From positions 124,001-188,000 of the forward strand of contig CDRNVI010000044.1 of NCBI GenBank assembly GCA_977017575.1: DNA of 64,000 nucleotides. Direction: 5' to 3'. The notes beneath the pieces were generated by a model that worked only from the letters and a program-made list of their open reading frames with translations, did no database searches and had not been told where the DNA came from. This stretch comes from Paramoeba atlantica. Lineage: Eukaryota; Protista; Discosea. Numbering within the stretch: the stretch's first letter is position 1; each line of letters opens with the position of its first letter. Below are positions 50,304 through 60,228 of the stretch, one piece after another. The position numbers were made by a program, and so were the translations under genes.

Positions 50304-51716
50304 ATGACGAAACACGATCCTCACGCTACACAAATCGAGGACGATGACACTTGTGGTATCATTGAGAACTGCAACGTCTCCGAGGCCCCTGAATCGGAAG
50401 TCGTCAAGGTTCCTGTGCACAACGAGGGCCACGGTACAGTCGCGACGACGATTATCACCGTACTGTGCAACGTCATCGGAGGTGGTGTCCTTGCCCTCTC
50501 CGTCGCGTTCCACTTTGCCTCCCTGATACCCGGAATTTTGCTCCTGTTGTACACTGGCTTCCTTAGCTTCTCCGCGATGCGCTTTTTGGTTCGCCTCGCG
50601 CAGCACACCCAGCAGTTCACCTACATGGGTCTCTGCCGCTATGCCTTCGAGGGAGGAAAGCCCCACTCGTTGACGGACTCTCCCGACACCCCAGCGGAGA
50701 TCGTCACCGACGGCAAACCCTCCAAGCTCCGTTTCATGCGCATCGTCGCCGAGGGTACCATCCTGCTCTACACCTTTGGGTGTGCCGTGATGTACATCGT
50801 GGTCATCGGGGACTCCATGCAACCTCTCGCCGCATCCTGGATGAGCCTCACCGGGTTCTACGCCGACGCCCGTTTCTGGATCATCTGCACCGCCCCCCTT
50901 CTCTTCGTCCTCTCCTGCGCCAAACACATCACGGAGCTTAAATTCAGCTCCATCGTCGCCTTCGGCACCATCTTCTACGCCGGGGTCGCGGTGGCGATTC
51001 GTTACATTGCCAGCGCACACACCCAAGGCGCCCTCATCACCGCCGCCGTCCCCGAGAGTGTCCGCGTCGCCTCCATCACCTCCGACTTCTGCCGTGCCAT
51101 CCCGCTCCTCACCGTGTGCTTCGGCATGCACTACAACATCCCCCCGCTGTACCACGAGCTCCAGAAGCGCTCCGTGAAGCGCATGGACCGGGCCCTGATC
51201 CCCGCCTTCTCCACGATCACGCTGTTCTACCTCGTGCTCGGGACCATGGGGTACCTCTACTTCGGCGCCGACGTGCGCAACCACGGGGGGGATCTGCTAG
51301 CGCAGTACCCGCAGAACGACCTGCTGATTAACATTGGGCGGCTGGTGATGCTGCTGCACTTCGCCTGTGTGTACCCGTTGTTGGCGGTGGGGTGTCGTCG
51401 GTCGTTTAACCTGTTCATGTTTGAGGGGGATAGCCATGTGTCGATGTGGACCCGGGTGGCGGAGGCGTTTACGATTGTGGCGCTTTCGTCGTTGCTGGCG
51501 GCGTTGTCGAGTGGGATTTCCCAGGTGCTGGCGTTTATTGGGTCGTTGTTTGGGCTTCATATTATTATGACGTTTCCTGCGGTGATGTACTACCGGGTGT
51601 TTAAGAACACAATGAGTACGTGGGAGCGCGTGTTGTGCTGGGTCACGATTGTGTCTGGGATTGTGTTCTCGATTGCGGGGTTCACGACGCACTTGGTTTG
51701 CACGATCACAAAGTAA
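50304..51716 (+). CDS. Amino-acid permease, paralog 3
   Basis: NVIGGGVLALS, YTFG..VIGDSMQPLA, CFGMHYNIP. Confidence 0.92.
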   Translation: MTKHDPHATQIEDDDTCGIIENCNVSEAPESEVVKVPVHNEGHGTVATTIITVLCNVIGGGVLALSVAFHFASLIPGILLLLYTGFLSFSAMRFLVRLAQHTQQFTYMGLCRYAFEGGKPHSLTDSPDTPAEIVTDGKPSKLRFMRIVAEGTILLYTFGCAVMYIVVIGDSMQPLAASWMSLTGFYADARFWIICTAPLLFVLSCAKHITELKFSSIVAFGTIFYAGVAVAIRYIASAHTQGALITAAVPESVRVASITSDFCRAIPLLTVCFGMHYNIPPLYHELQKRSVKRMDRALIPAFSTITLFYLVLGTMGYLYFGADVRNHGGDLLAQYPQNDLLINIGRLVMLLHFACVYPLLAVGCRRSFNLFMFEGDSHVSMWTRVAEAFTIVALSSLLAALSSGISQVLAFIGSLFGLHIIMTFPAVMYYRVFKNTMSTWERVLCWVTIVSGIVFSIAGFTTHLVCTITK

Positions 51717-52230
51717 GATTATGAAATGGAAAAGAAAAAGGAAAGTGGGAAAGTGATGGAGATAAGACCGGGTGGTGTAGCCCGTATGGGATACGTATTT
51801 TGTAAAGGAGATAAATTGTTTTGGGCGTTTTAGTCTTTTTGTAGTTGGTAATGCAGAAAATGGTTATAATGGAGTCTTTTTTGATGGACACAAGTAATGC
51901 GAAGGATGATTAAGAAATAATTCTCTTTGTTTAGCCTGTCACTTGATTTCTGCTTAGCCGGTGTTTAGAATTATAGGCTAAAGGAGACTCATGAGCGCTG
52001 GGCTTTTCGTGGATGGCTAAAGGATTTCTTAGGTTTACATTCAAGGAATATATTCCTATTCTTTGCTTATTACCTTGGGAGGAATTATTTATTGAAAAAA
52101 TATATGGATTCTTGAGATTAGGTGCACGTAAGTTAATGTTTCGTTCGTGGTACAAGAACCCTTTGTTGACGTGCATATTCGTTTAATATGTATTATAGCA
52201 TACCATAGAGTATACTCACTACTCGCATTA

Positions 52231-52791
52231 ATGGGACAATCACAGAGCCACAATAAGGACCTCGCCGATGGATCGTCACTTGTCGTGAAACTTCCCCCTA
52301 GAAACCTTACCGATGGAAGCGACGTGAAAATTCTTCTTAGTGGCCAAGTAATCTCATTTATTCCTCTTGAAGATTTATGTCGTGCGGAGGAAGTTTGTTT
52401 TGAATGGCATAAATGGATTCGACATCAACCCAGCTCTCAGTTTCGGCACTACGAGCACACTCAACGCCTGATGTGGGGTCCAGACTGGAGCACGAAACGA
52501 ACCACATTAACGAAATCTGAAAAAGCCAAAGACTGGAAAATGGAGCACTTAAAGGAGTATCGGAAGCTGCATACCGTCTCAAGAAGCCCTGGGCGCGTTG
52601 CTGCCCCTGTGCTGTCCAATGTTCGTCCATTGAACGAGAAGAAACTGCCCCCAACTCATTTTCAGAATGTAACTCCAGTACGTGAGGTATCCAGTCCAGG
52701 ATTTCGAACACCCAAGGCAAAGGGAAAGGTGCAAAAAGGGAAGGTGAATCGATGGATCAGAATGGCACTAGGAACTTCGAGTGAGGAATGA
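52231..52791 (+). CDS. F-box-like protein with possible N-myristoylation motif
   Basis: First ATG gives MGQSQS (MGxxxS). VISFIPLEDLCRAEEVCFEWHKW resembles an F-box. Confidence 0.55.
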   Translation: MGQSQSHNKDLADGSSLVVKLPPRNLTDGSDVKILLSGQVISFIPLEDLCRAEEVCFEWHKWIRHQPSSQFRHYEHTQRLMWGPDWSTKRTTLTKSEKAKDWKMEHLKEYRKLHTVSRSPGRVAAPVLSNVRPLNEKKLPPTHFQNVTPVREVSSPGFRTPKAKGKVQKGKVNRWIRMALGTSSEE

Positions 52792-53323
52792 AATATCTGT
52801 TCGGAATTCCCAATTTGTAGACTCATGTAGCATTTCGTTCTAGGAGACCCAACAAATTTTGTACAAATACTTTAGGTTAGTCTTAGAAGAAGAATCTTTT
52901 AGATTCTTGTAAACTTTATTGTTCTAACGAGTAACGAAGAAGGCGAATAAGTAGAACGAGTAAGTAGCGAATAATAAGAAGGCAAGTATATTAAATACTT
53001 GCACTGACCATAATCATAATAAAATATTAAGGTTAATTGAATTATAATGGTGCCCAATGACCATATTTTTAAGAGCATTGCGAGCGCTACATTAATTAAA
53101 CAGAATAGCGTATCTGATCTTCCATCAATCAATCTGTTTAGAGATTTTATTTGTTTTATCCAATGATCACGACACGCACAGCAGATACTACGGCTAGACC
53201 CTGTCTGCGTTACGTTGAATAATTCACAGAATGCAGTACGTAATCCACGTGAAATTGTTTTTGTACATATCCCACATGTGAAAATACATGTGGGAAAAAT
53301 GCGCGTGAAAATAGCACTCCCTG

Positions 53324-56092
53324 ATGCACTTTGCGTCTCACTATAGTGAAATTCTAGAAAAAGCTATTGGTCGAAGCAGCTTGCTTATCACGGCTCGGGG
53401 GATTGGCGTCGAGCACGTTGTATGCCACTTATGCCGCGGCTATCAAGATGCGCGCCACTTTCTGGTCGTTTTAGGTCTCTCCGATGAGGAGCGTATACTT
53501 CACTGTGTGGCTAAATACATTCGAGAAGAGGACTCCAAGGCACTGGTGCATGTGATTACGTCCACTTCCAGCATTCGCGATCGGGTGGATATGTATCTTA
53601 AAGGAGGAATTTTTGTTTTGTATAGTGCGAAACCTATTCTCATGGATATTTTGCATGAGCGCATCTCACCACTCCGGGTGCAGGGAATTGTAATGCTACG
53701 TGCGCATTCCCTCGTTAATGCCGACAGCGGATCGGAGCTCTTTTTACTTCACTATTTACGTCAAATCAGCGGAAATCGTGTTTTTTTCTGTGCTCTATCT
53801 GAGACCCCAGAGGCATTCATCGGTCCAGGTCGTCTGGCCCAGATCATGTCCTCCGTGTTACACTGCTCGGAGGTGTATCTCTACCCACGTTTTCACGTCT
53901 CGCTGAAGAAATCGTTAGAGAAAAAGCCTATTCTATTCACAGAGGTTCGAGTCTCAATGCCTCCTGCCATGCGAGCCGTACAAACGACTTTGCTCTCTAT
54001 GATTACGGAACTGATTCACGATCTCAGGACACGGACAAGTTCAAGTGGTTGTTTGAACAACGAAGAGTTGTCGATTGAACACGCAGTGTCCGGTGTCCTC
54101 TTCAGGAGCTGTCGGAAAGCCATGAATGCCTCGCGCGGGCGAGCAAAAAGTATGAAAGGCATTTGGTCGAGCGCGATGTACTCACTGCTGGAGTCCCTTG
54201 AAGATATCGTTAGTTTGTTGCACAAACTTTATCTTTTGCCACCACCTCTTTTTCAAAGATACTGTGAAAACTTTTTGTCTATTGCGCGACAAGACGGTGT
54301 TCATGTCGCCTCGTGGCTTCATTGCAAACAAGCTCACCGGCTCATACCTGCTGCACATGACTGGAAACGTGCGTATGAGCAAAATCAACAAAAGGAGGAA
54401 GACGACGGCACGGTAGCAAAACGGCTCAAAACATCGAAGGACGAGGATCCTTCACAGGATAGATTTCAAGGCGACTTTGTTTCAAAAGAGCACGCCGTTC
54501 TCTCTATCTTGCGTAAACTTGAGAGGCAGGGACGACATAGCTTGGTCGTGTTATCAGGTTGGTCCGGGACAAGCCCGATGGTTTCATCCTCAGTTCAGGA
54601 TGGTAACATGGAGGGCGACTATGACGGGGATTGGAGTCCTGCATACGCTCTTCAGAAGTTTACTTCCTCCTCTGCGTGTTACGGTGTGTGTCGGGAACTC
54701 CCGCTCACTTTTGGATGGAGACAACATAATAAACATATTTTCTATGATATTGCAGAATATGCCGACACTAATCTACTCAGTGTAAACAAGAGTTCTTTGT
54801 TGGAAAACAATAAAAAAGGAATCTCTAGTAGCTCTTTATCGTCTCAGAATAAGAATCTTGCCCTCGTCGATAGTATTATTCTTTGCGGGATCGATCTCGC
54901 AACAGTACGACGCCTGGAAGTAGCCCAGGCATTAGCCCCTGCAATGGAACTCCATGTGTTCGCCGTGTCTTACGATGGAAGTATAGAGCAAATGTTATAC
55001 CTTCACGCCGTGAAATCGGAACGTGAAGCATTTCAAGAACTTGTGGCATCGAAGTCCAACCTTGTCCTTCCCTCAGTTGACATTCCAGCTTCTTGTGGCA
55101 CAAAAGAGTTGACAACAATTACTCTGGATGGCATGGTGGATACTTCGAGCGAATTTACCGAGAAAACGCCAACAGAACAAGAGGCTGTAGGTGCAGATGA
55201 CGATACACAACCTCAGAAATATTCCTCCACCCAGGATGTGACGAATTCAAATACCAGTCCTTCTGAGAAAAAAAGCTCTGCGTTTCTTGGTAGTGGTATC
55301 ATAATAGTCGATGAGAGAGAATTTCGAAGCAATTTACCCTACCACCTCTGTCGAACCACAAATTTTAAGGTTATTCCCCGAACGTTAAAATGTGGAGACT
55401 ATTTGCTTTCGGGGGACATTGCTGTTGAAAGAAAATCTGCTGTAGATCTGGAAACGTCGCTTTTTAGTGGACGCCTGTATGACCAACTGGTTGAAATGTC
55501 GAAAAGTTATTCGGCCTGCGTTCTGCTAATTGAAGCTGCAGCTAGTTCAGCTGATCGCTGGTACTCAGGATTCCAGAAAGAAACTCTACCGGGAAAACAT
55601 CCTGGCATGACGCAAGATCGTGTGGTTTCTGCTCTTCTTCGAGACGAAAAGATGATTGATCGGCTGGCGTTGCTGGCAGTAAGGTTTCCCACTCTACGCG
55701 TGTTCTGGACTTTGGGAGGTGCTGATTCAGCCCGCCTGTTTCAGGCAATCAAGAAAGGCCTCCCAGAGCCAGCGATCCCCGAAGATAAAGGTATCGTTAT
55801 TAACGAAGCTACATCGACTGCAGCAAAGCAAGTTGCAGGGAGAGTGCTAAGTCTTAAGTCTGTCGACGACAGCGACGCCGAGTCTCCTTCTTCCACTTCC
55901 GCTCTTGAGCTTCTTATGAAACTCCCTGGTGTATCCAGGACGAACGTTTCAGGTATCGTTCGACATTTTCCAACCTTGCGACACCTTGCTAGAGCCTCCA
56001 AAACAGACTTGTGCGCCTCTGTTAGTCAGAGTGACGCAATCATTCTGTATGAGGCTTTGCATACTACTGGGGATGTAAACGAAAAAGATTGA
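53324..56092 (+). CDS. XPF: DNA repair endonuclease XPF (ERCC4/Rad1)
   Basis: Helicase-like N-terminus, IIVDEREFRS, GDYLLS..AVERKS..DL..SLFSGRLYDQ nuclease motifs, C-terminal HhH2 (LMKLPGVS). Confidence 0.93.
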   Translation: MHFASHYSEILEKAIGRSSLLITARGIGVEHVVCHLCRGYQDARHFLVVLGLSDEERILHCVAKYIREEDSKALVHVITSTSSIRDRVDMYLKGGIFVLYSAKPILMDILHERISPLRVQGIVMLRAHSLVNADSGSELFLLHYLRQISGNRVFFCALSETPEAFIGPGRLAQIMSSVLHCSEVYLYPRFHVSLKKSLEKKPILFTEVRVSMPPAMRAVQTTLLSMITELIHDLRTRTSSSGCLNNEELSIEHAVSGVLFRSCRKAMNASRGRAKSMKGIWSSAMYSLLESLEDIVSLLHKLYLLPPPLFQRYCENFLSIARQDGVHVASWLHCKQAHRLIPAAHDWKRAYEQNQQKEEDDGTVAKRLKTSKDEDPSQDRFQGDFVSKEHAVLSILRKLERQGRHSLVVLSGWSGTSPMVSSSVQDGNMEGDYDGDWSPAYALQKFTSSSACYGVCRELPLTFGWRQHNKHIFYDIAEYADTNLLSVNKSSLLENNKKGISSSSLSSQNKNLALVDSIILCGIDLATVRRLEVAQALAPAMELHVFAVSYDGSIEQMLYLHAVKSEREAFQELVASKSNLVLPSVDIPASCGTKELTTITLDGMVDTSSEFTEKTPTEQEAVGADDDTQPQKYSSTQDVTNSNTSPSEKKSSAFLGSGIIIVDEREFRSNLPYHLCRTTNFKVIPRTLKCGDYLLSGDIAVERKSAVDLETSLFSGRLYDQLVEMSKSYSACVLLIEAAASSADRWYSGFQKETLPGKHPGMTQDRVVSALLRDEKMIDRLALLAVRFPTLRVFWTLGGADSARLFQAIKKGLPEPAIPEDKGIVINEATSTAAKQVAGRVLSLKSVDDSDAESPSSTSALELLMKLPGVSRTNVSGIVRHFPTLRHLARASKTDLCASVSQSDAIILYEALHTTGDVNEKD

Positions 56093-56186
56093 TATGTCTC
56101 TTTGTTTCACCACATTTCACGTTTTTCAACACAAATGCTTGAATACTGTAAATGAACAAATAGAACGGATTGAAAACTATTTAGAG

Positions 56187-56211
56187 TTTCTTTTCTTGTA
56201 TTTTTTCTTAG
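56187..56211 (+). promoter_or_regulatory. Putative trans-splice acceptor of RPS8
   Basis: TTTCTTTTCTTGTATTTTTTCTTAG, with the AG at 56210-56211, 6 nt before the ATG. Confidence 0.55.
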
Positions 56212-56217
56212 CTTCAC

Positions 56218-56856
56218 ATGGGCCTTACACGCTCTCGTCTCCACAAGAGACGCGTTTCCGGAGGAAAAATGTCGGTCCACCGCAAGAAGAAGAAGTACGA
56301 ACTTGCTCGACTACCAGCAAACACTCGTCTGCTACCCGAAACTCGTGTCCGTAAAGTACGGGTTCGAGGAGGAAACACAAAGTTTCGAGCCCTGCGACTT
56401 CACGAAGGGAACTTTGCGTGGGGTTCCGAAACTATCACCAGGCGATGCAAAATTCTTGACGTGGTCTACAACGCGACGTCTAATGAGCTCATCCGAACAA
56501 AGACCCTCGTGAAGGGTTGCGTCGTCTCTGTTGATGCCGCCCCATTTCGAGACTGGTACTTCAAGTTCTACGGGGTACACCTGGGTAAGAAGAAGAGCGA
56601 AGGAGAGAGTAAGGATGCCACTCACAAGGAGGAGGCCGCATCTCTCCCGAAGTCTCGTCAACGTGTCCTGTCCCAACACTCCAAGCGCGCTGTTCATCTG
56701 GACAAGACATTGGAACACCAATTTCGCGTTGGTCGTGTGCTTGCAAAGATCACTTCGCGTCCTGGTCAAGTTGGACGTTCAGATGGACAACTCCTGGAGG
56801 GTACAGAGCTTCAATTCTATTTGAAGAAGACCGAGAAGAAGAGCAAGAAAAAATAA
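56218..56856 (+). CDS. RPS8: 40S ribosomal protein S8 (eS8)
   Basis: RSRLHKRR..GGK, RLPANT, VRVRGGN, DVVYNATSNELIRTKTLVK, SRPGQ.GR.DG.LLEG.EL.FY. Confidence 0.98.
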   Translation: MGLTRSRLHKRRVSGGKMSVHRKKKKYELARLPANTRLLPETRVRKVRVRGGNTKFRALRLHEGNFAWGSETITRRCKILDVVYNATSNELIRTKTLVKGCVVSVDAAPFRDWYFKFYGVHLGKKKSEGESKDATHKEEAASLPKSRQRVLSQHSKRAVHLDKTLEHQFRVGRVLAKITSRPGQVGRSDGQLLEGTELQFYLKKTEKKSKKK

Positions 56857-56948
56857 GACGAACTATGTAAGATGAGCTGCAAGTAAAGTAGGCAATAAAG
56901 CATGTACTTCACCAAGTGATAAGAAACATATTGTACTAGATCTCCACT

Positions 56949-58775
56949 ATGATACTGTTTATGAAAGCTCTTAAAAATAATCATATATTAAAATTACGCG
57001 TAAAGACACATTGTGTAACTATGGATTCTTTTTCTTTTGACAAAGAGGCACTCATCTTCTGTATTTTACTCTTGATGTTCAAATATTGTTTCATACACGG
57101 ACGCATCCGCTCCACCGATCGCCTCCACGACCCCGAGGGTACCGGTCGACTGCGTTGTCTCCCCGAACACCACTGTTACCGCGAGGAGACACCTGCGGAG
57201 CCAGAAGAGCTAAAATCCGAAACCACTAACACCACCACCCATACTCAACCTTCCCCACCCAATCTCCTCGACACCATTCTGTGCTCCGCCCACCACATAC
57301 CACGACCCGTTCACGACCTCCAGCTCCAATCCACACCCTACGGCTCTGTCTACACCTGCACCCTTGACAACCCTTGTGCCATTTCTTCCGGTATTTCCCC
57401 TCCCCTCCCCACCACATCTATTGAACGTTCCCCGATCTGTGCGCCCAACCCCCCATCAACTCCTTCCTCACCCCGTACATCCAGCGCTACCCACAAGCAC
57501 CCAGAGCACCCCGACTTTGAACCCCGACGAAACCCATCCCTCTCCTCTCCACAATGTTACACGAACCCATCTACACGATCCATACCCCGACCCAACGATT
57601 CGCACAGGGACCCCCTTCCTTCCCGACACTCCCCGCGTTTCTCCCCGTCCCATCCCTTCCCTTCGGATAACAGAACAGGAAGAGGAAGAAGCGGAAGAAG
57701 CGGAAGAAGCGGAAATCGAAGTCCAAGTAGGGAAACAAGAGGAAGAACCCTCTCTCCCTTCCACCCCCCTACTTCTCACCCTCCTTCTGTGTACTTCACC
57801 ATTGTCCAAGCCCGTGACAGATCCGGTAGTAGGGGAGGCAGGGATCTTCTCATACGGGACTGTGACCGGGTACGGTGTGCGTTCCACGGGAGGGAGCGAC
57901 CGCTACACGTGATGGAGTTCGTGAACCACCGATGGAGGTGTGCGCCCGGGGAGGCGTGTGGGGGTCCTTTGGGGGAGGAGGAGGAAGAGAGAGAGGGGAG
58001 GGGGAGAGGGAGAGGAGGGGGAAGAGGGAGAGGGGGAAGAAGCCCCCCTCGAGGGTGGAGGTTGTCTTCCCCTCCAAGGGGGGAGAGAAGCCCACCCCGA
58101 GGATGGGGTCCGCCTTCACCTCCAAGGGGGGAGAGAAGCCCACCTCGAGGATGGAGACCGCCTTCACCTCCAAGGGAGGAGAGAAGCCCACCGCGAAGAA
58201 GCCCACCACAAGGATGGGGGCCGCCTTCACCTCCAAGGGGGGAGAGAAGCCCACCTCGAGGATGGGGCTTGTGCTCACCCCGACGGGCGGGAAGGGATTT
58301 CCGTAGTCCCCGGAGAAGGCAAAGTGTTGACTCGCGTGTTCCTCGGGAACGACAGTGTCCTCCGTGGGAGGATCAGGAGGAGAGGGGAAGGGGATGGGAA
58401 AGACGAGAGGGAAGGAGTCCACCTCGTGGATGGGGGTGGCCTTCACCTCCAAGGGGGAGGGGGGATTCCCGTAGTCCCAAGAGACAGGATAGTGTCGACT
58501 CTTATAGCCATAGGGAAAGACCTTGTCCGCCATGGGAGGATCGGGAGGAGACGAGGGGGAGGAGGAGAAGCCGACCTCGAGGATGGGGGTTATCACCTCC
58601 AAGGGGGGAGTGGAGGGGGGAGAGAGATTCCCGAAGCCCCTGGAGAAAGGGTGGTGCCCACGCGCGTGGTCGCGGGAAACGACATCACGCGGAGAGTCGA
58701 CAGGCCCGCGGAGGGAAAAGGGGAAATGGAGGTGGAAGGGGGAGAGGGAGGGGAAGAGGACTTTCTGAGGACTAG
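56949..58775 (+). CDS. Protein with two C-x2-H-x17/19-C-x5-C fingers and SPPR/RS-rich repeats
   Basis: Fingers at 57087-57176 and 57876-57959, and 16-aa RSPPRGWxxxSPPRGE repeats. The true start may be the ATG at 57075. Confidence 0.7.
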   Translation: MILFMKALKNNHILKLRVKTHCVTMDSFSFDKEALIFCILLLMFKYCFIHGRIRSTDRLHDPEGTGRLRCLPEHHCYREETPAEPEELKSETTNTTTHTQPSPPNLLDTILCSAHHIPRPVHDLQLQSTPYGSVYTCTLDNPCAISSGISPPLPTTSIERSPICAPNPPSTPSSPRTSSATHKHPEHPDFEPRRNPSLSSPQCYTNPSTRSIPRPNDSHRDPLPSRHSPRFSPSHPFPSDNRTGRGRSGRSGRSGNRSPSRETRGRTLSPFHPPTSHPPSVYFTIVQARDRSGSRGGRDLLIRDCDRVRCAFHGRERPLHVMEFVNHRWRCAPGEACGGPLGEEEEEREGRGRGRGGGRGRGGRSPPRGWRLSSPPRGERSPPRGWGPPSPPRGERSPPRGWRPPSPPREERSPPRRSPPQGWGPPSPPRGERSPPRGWGLCSPRRAGRDFRSPRRRQSVDSRVPRERQCPPWEDQEERGRGWERREGRSPPRGWGWPSPPRGRGDSRSPKRQDSVDSYSHRERPCPPWEDREETRGRRRSRPRGWGLSPPRGEWRGERDSRSPWRKGGAHARGRGKRHHAESRQARGGKRGNGGGRGRGRGRGLSED

Positions 58776-58989
58776 ATTTCACGGTCGATGTAAAGGGGTC
58801 TCGGAGGAAGGCCCCCCGGATAACGCTGTGCCATTGGATAGGAGGACTGGAGATAGGAGATCAGGGCTTCACCGTTTTTCTCACACGAGATTCTCAAGTA
58901 TGATATTTTTCATATTTAGCTACCATGTATGTATGTCACTCGCACTGTTGTGTTTTCTCACTGTTTCGCCAATATGTAGTCGCAGTCTA

Positions 58990-60228
58990 CATACATACAT
59001 ACATACATAAACATTGGCAGATAATACATTATTGTCTACCAATTGGTAAACTCTCTATTCTCCCCAAAAAGTCACTATACTTTCACTTAAACTCAAGGAC
59101 CCTTTCACAATTATTCTTCTGCGACTTACGATTTTGTCGCTCTACGTCTTGCAAAATTCTTCTTTTCCTGCGAATCCGTCGATCTCGATTTTTTCTGATT
59201 TAGGGATTCTACCGCAATAGAATGCGCCTCGTCGATCAGCTTTGTTTTCCGTTTCCGGGATAAGCAAGTTCTTTCTGGAATGGTGCAATTCGGTTGTTCC
59301 ATCATAATCTTTAGGCCCCTGATCCATGAATATTCAGAAAATAGCACTATTTTCCCCTGAGTATTCGGTTTAATTCTCTTGACACGTGGCTCATTTTCAG
59401 TATGTTTTCTTGATAAAGAGTCCGCTTCAGAATTCCACTTATTACCGCAGTGTGCTCGAACCTTAATAATATTGATTGTAATTCCATTGTTTTTCAATGA
59501 TCGTAAGCAAGAGTCAAGAAATTGCAGCAGATCTGAGTTTGACCCATCGTACCCAACAAGTCTCTCCCTTTTTTGACGAATGTGCACAAAATCCCACACG
59601 TAGTAGGAGTCCGTGTGTATGCTGACATGTTTAGAGGTATTTATATGACTGAGGCCAACAAGAATAGCATGCACTTCAGCTCGCTCCGGTGAGTTTGTCT
59701 CTGCGGCCGATAGCATACATGTATATGATTCATTGTGACTTCCTTGTAAAGTAACGCATCCGACGGCTGGACTCCTCGAAGCAATACTCCGATCCGGAAT
59801 CGATGCATCGACATATACATGCAACTCCTCAGGCCTAATTGGAAAGAGTTTTTCACCTTCTTCCACAAATTGAAGCTTACTGGAATCTGGGTCTTTACAT
59901 AGTCTAGCTTGTGTCGTTTTCCATTTTGGGTTCTTGACCCCCACCAGGGATACACTAGGTTCTAAGGACTCTTGAAAATTTTCAAATTTGCTGTAATTTC
60001 CGCCAATGCTCCCTGTCAAAAGCGTAAGCAAACATTTCTTCCATCTCTATACCAAGGTCTTGAGCGCACGCTTCGGCAGGAGACGGGCGCCTAGCTTTTG
60101 AACGAAAGTTCCATTTGATGAGCTCCACGTAAATAGAAGAGTGTCGAATTTGATGTCCAACCAGGCGGGCACGACTTACGCGATGTATGGTTTCGAAAAG
60201 TGGTGTCTTATTGTACAAGGATTGTACA
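58990..60228 (-). mobile_element. 5'-truncated RTE-like non-LTR retrotransposon with RNase H
   Basis: 12-bp TSD AGTCGCAGTCTA at 58978-58989 and 60229-60240, and a (CATA)5 tail at 58990-59009 on +. The minus strand has an RTE-type post-RT segment (ARLVGHQIR...RRP...DL...DREHWR) followed by RNase H. Confidence 0.88.
59126..60031 (-). CDS. Retroelement RNase HI domain
   Basis: VYVDAS, RAEVHAILVGL, IHTDS, KVRAHCG, NSEADSLS: the D-E-D-H-D set is complete. Confidence 0.88.
   Translation of the reverse strand: MLTLLTGSIGGNYSKFENFQESLEPSVSLVGVKNPKWKTTQARLCKDPDSSKLQFVEEGEKLFPIRPEELHVYVDASIPDRSIASRSPAVGCVTLQGSHNESYTCMLSAAETNSPERAEVHAILVGLSHINTSKHVSIHTDSYYVWDFVHIRQKRERLVGYDGSNSDLLQFLDSCLRSLKNNGITINIIKVRAHCGNKWNSEADSLSRKHTENEPRVKRIKPNTQGKIVLFSEYSWIRGLKIMMEQPNCTIPERTCLSRKRKTKLIDEAHSIAVESLNQKKSRSTDSQEKKNFARRRATKS

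Noticed and set aside
20134-56856. Functional clustering of translation/ribosome genes (RPA1, DOHH, EFL1, RPS8)
   Set aside because: Interspersed with unrelated genes. Kinetoplastid-type polycistrons are generally not functionally organised.
59126-60031. Host RNase H1 gene
   Set aside because: Antisense to the polycistron, no ATG start, and enclosed by a TSD and tail with a LINE-like upstream segment.
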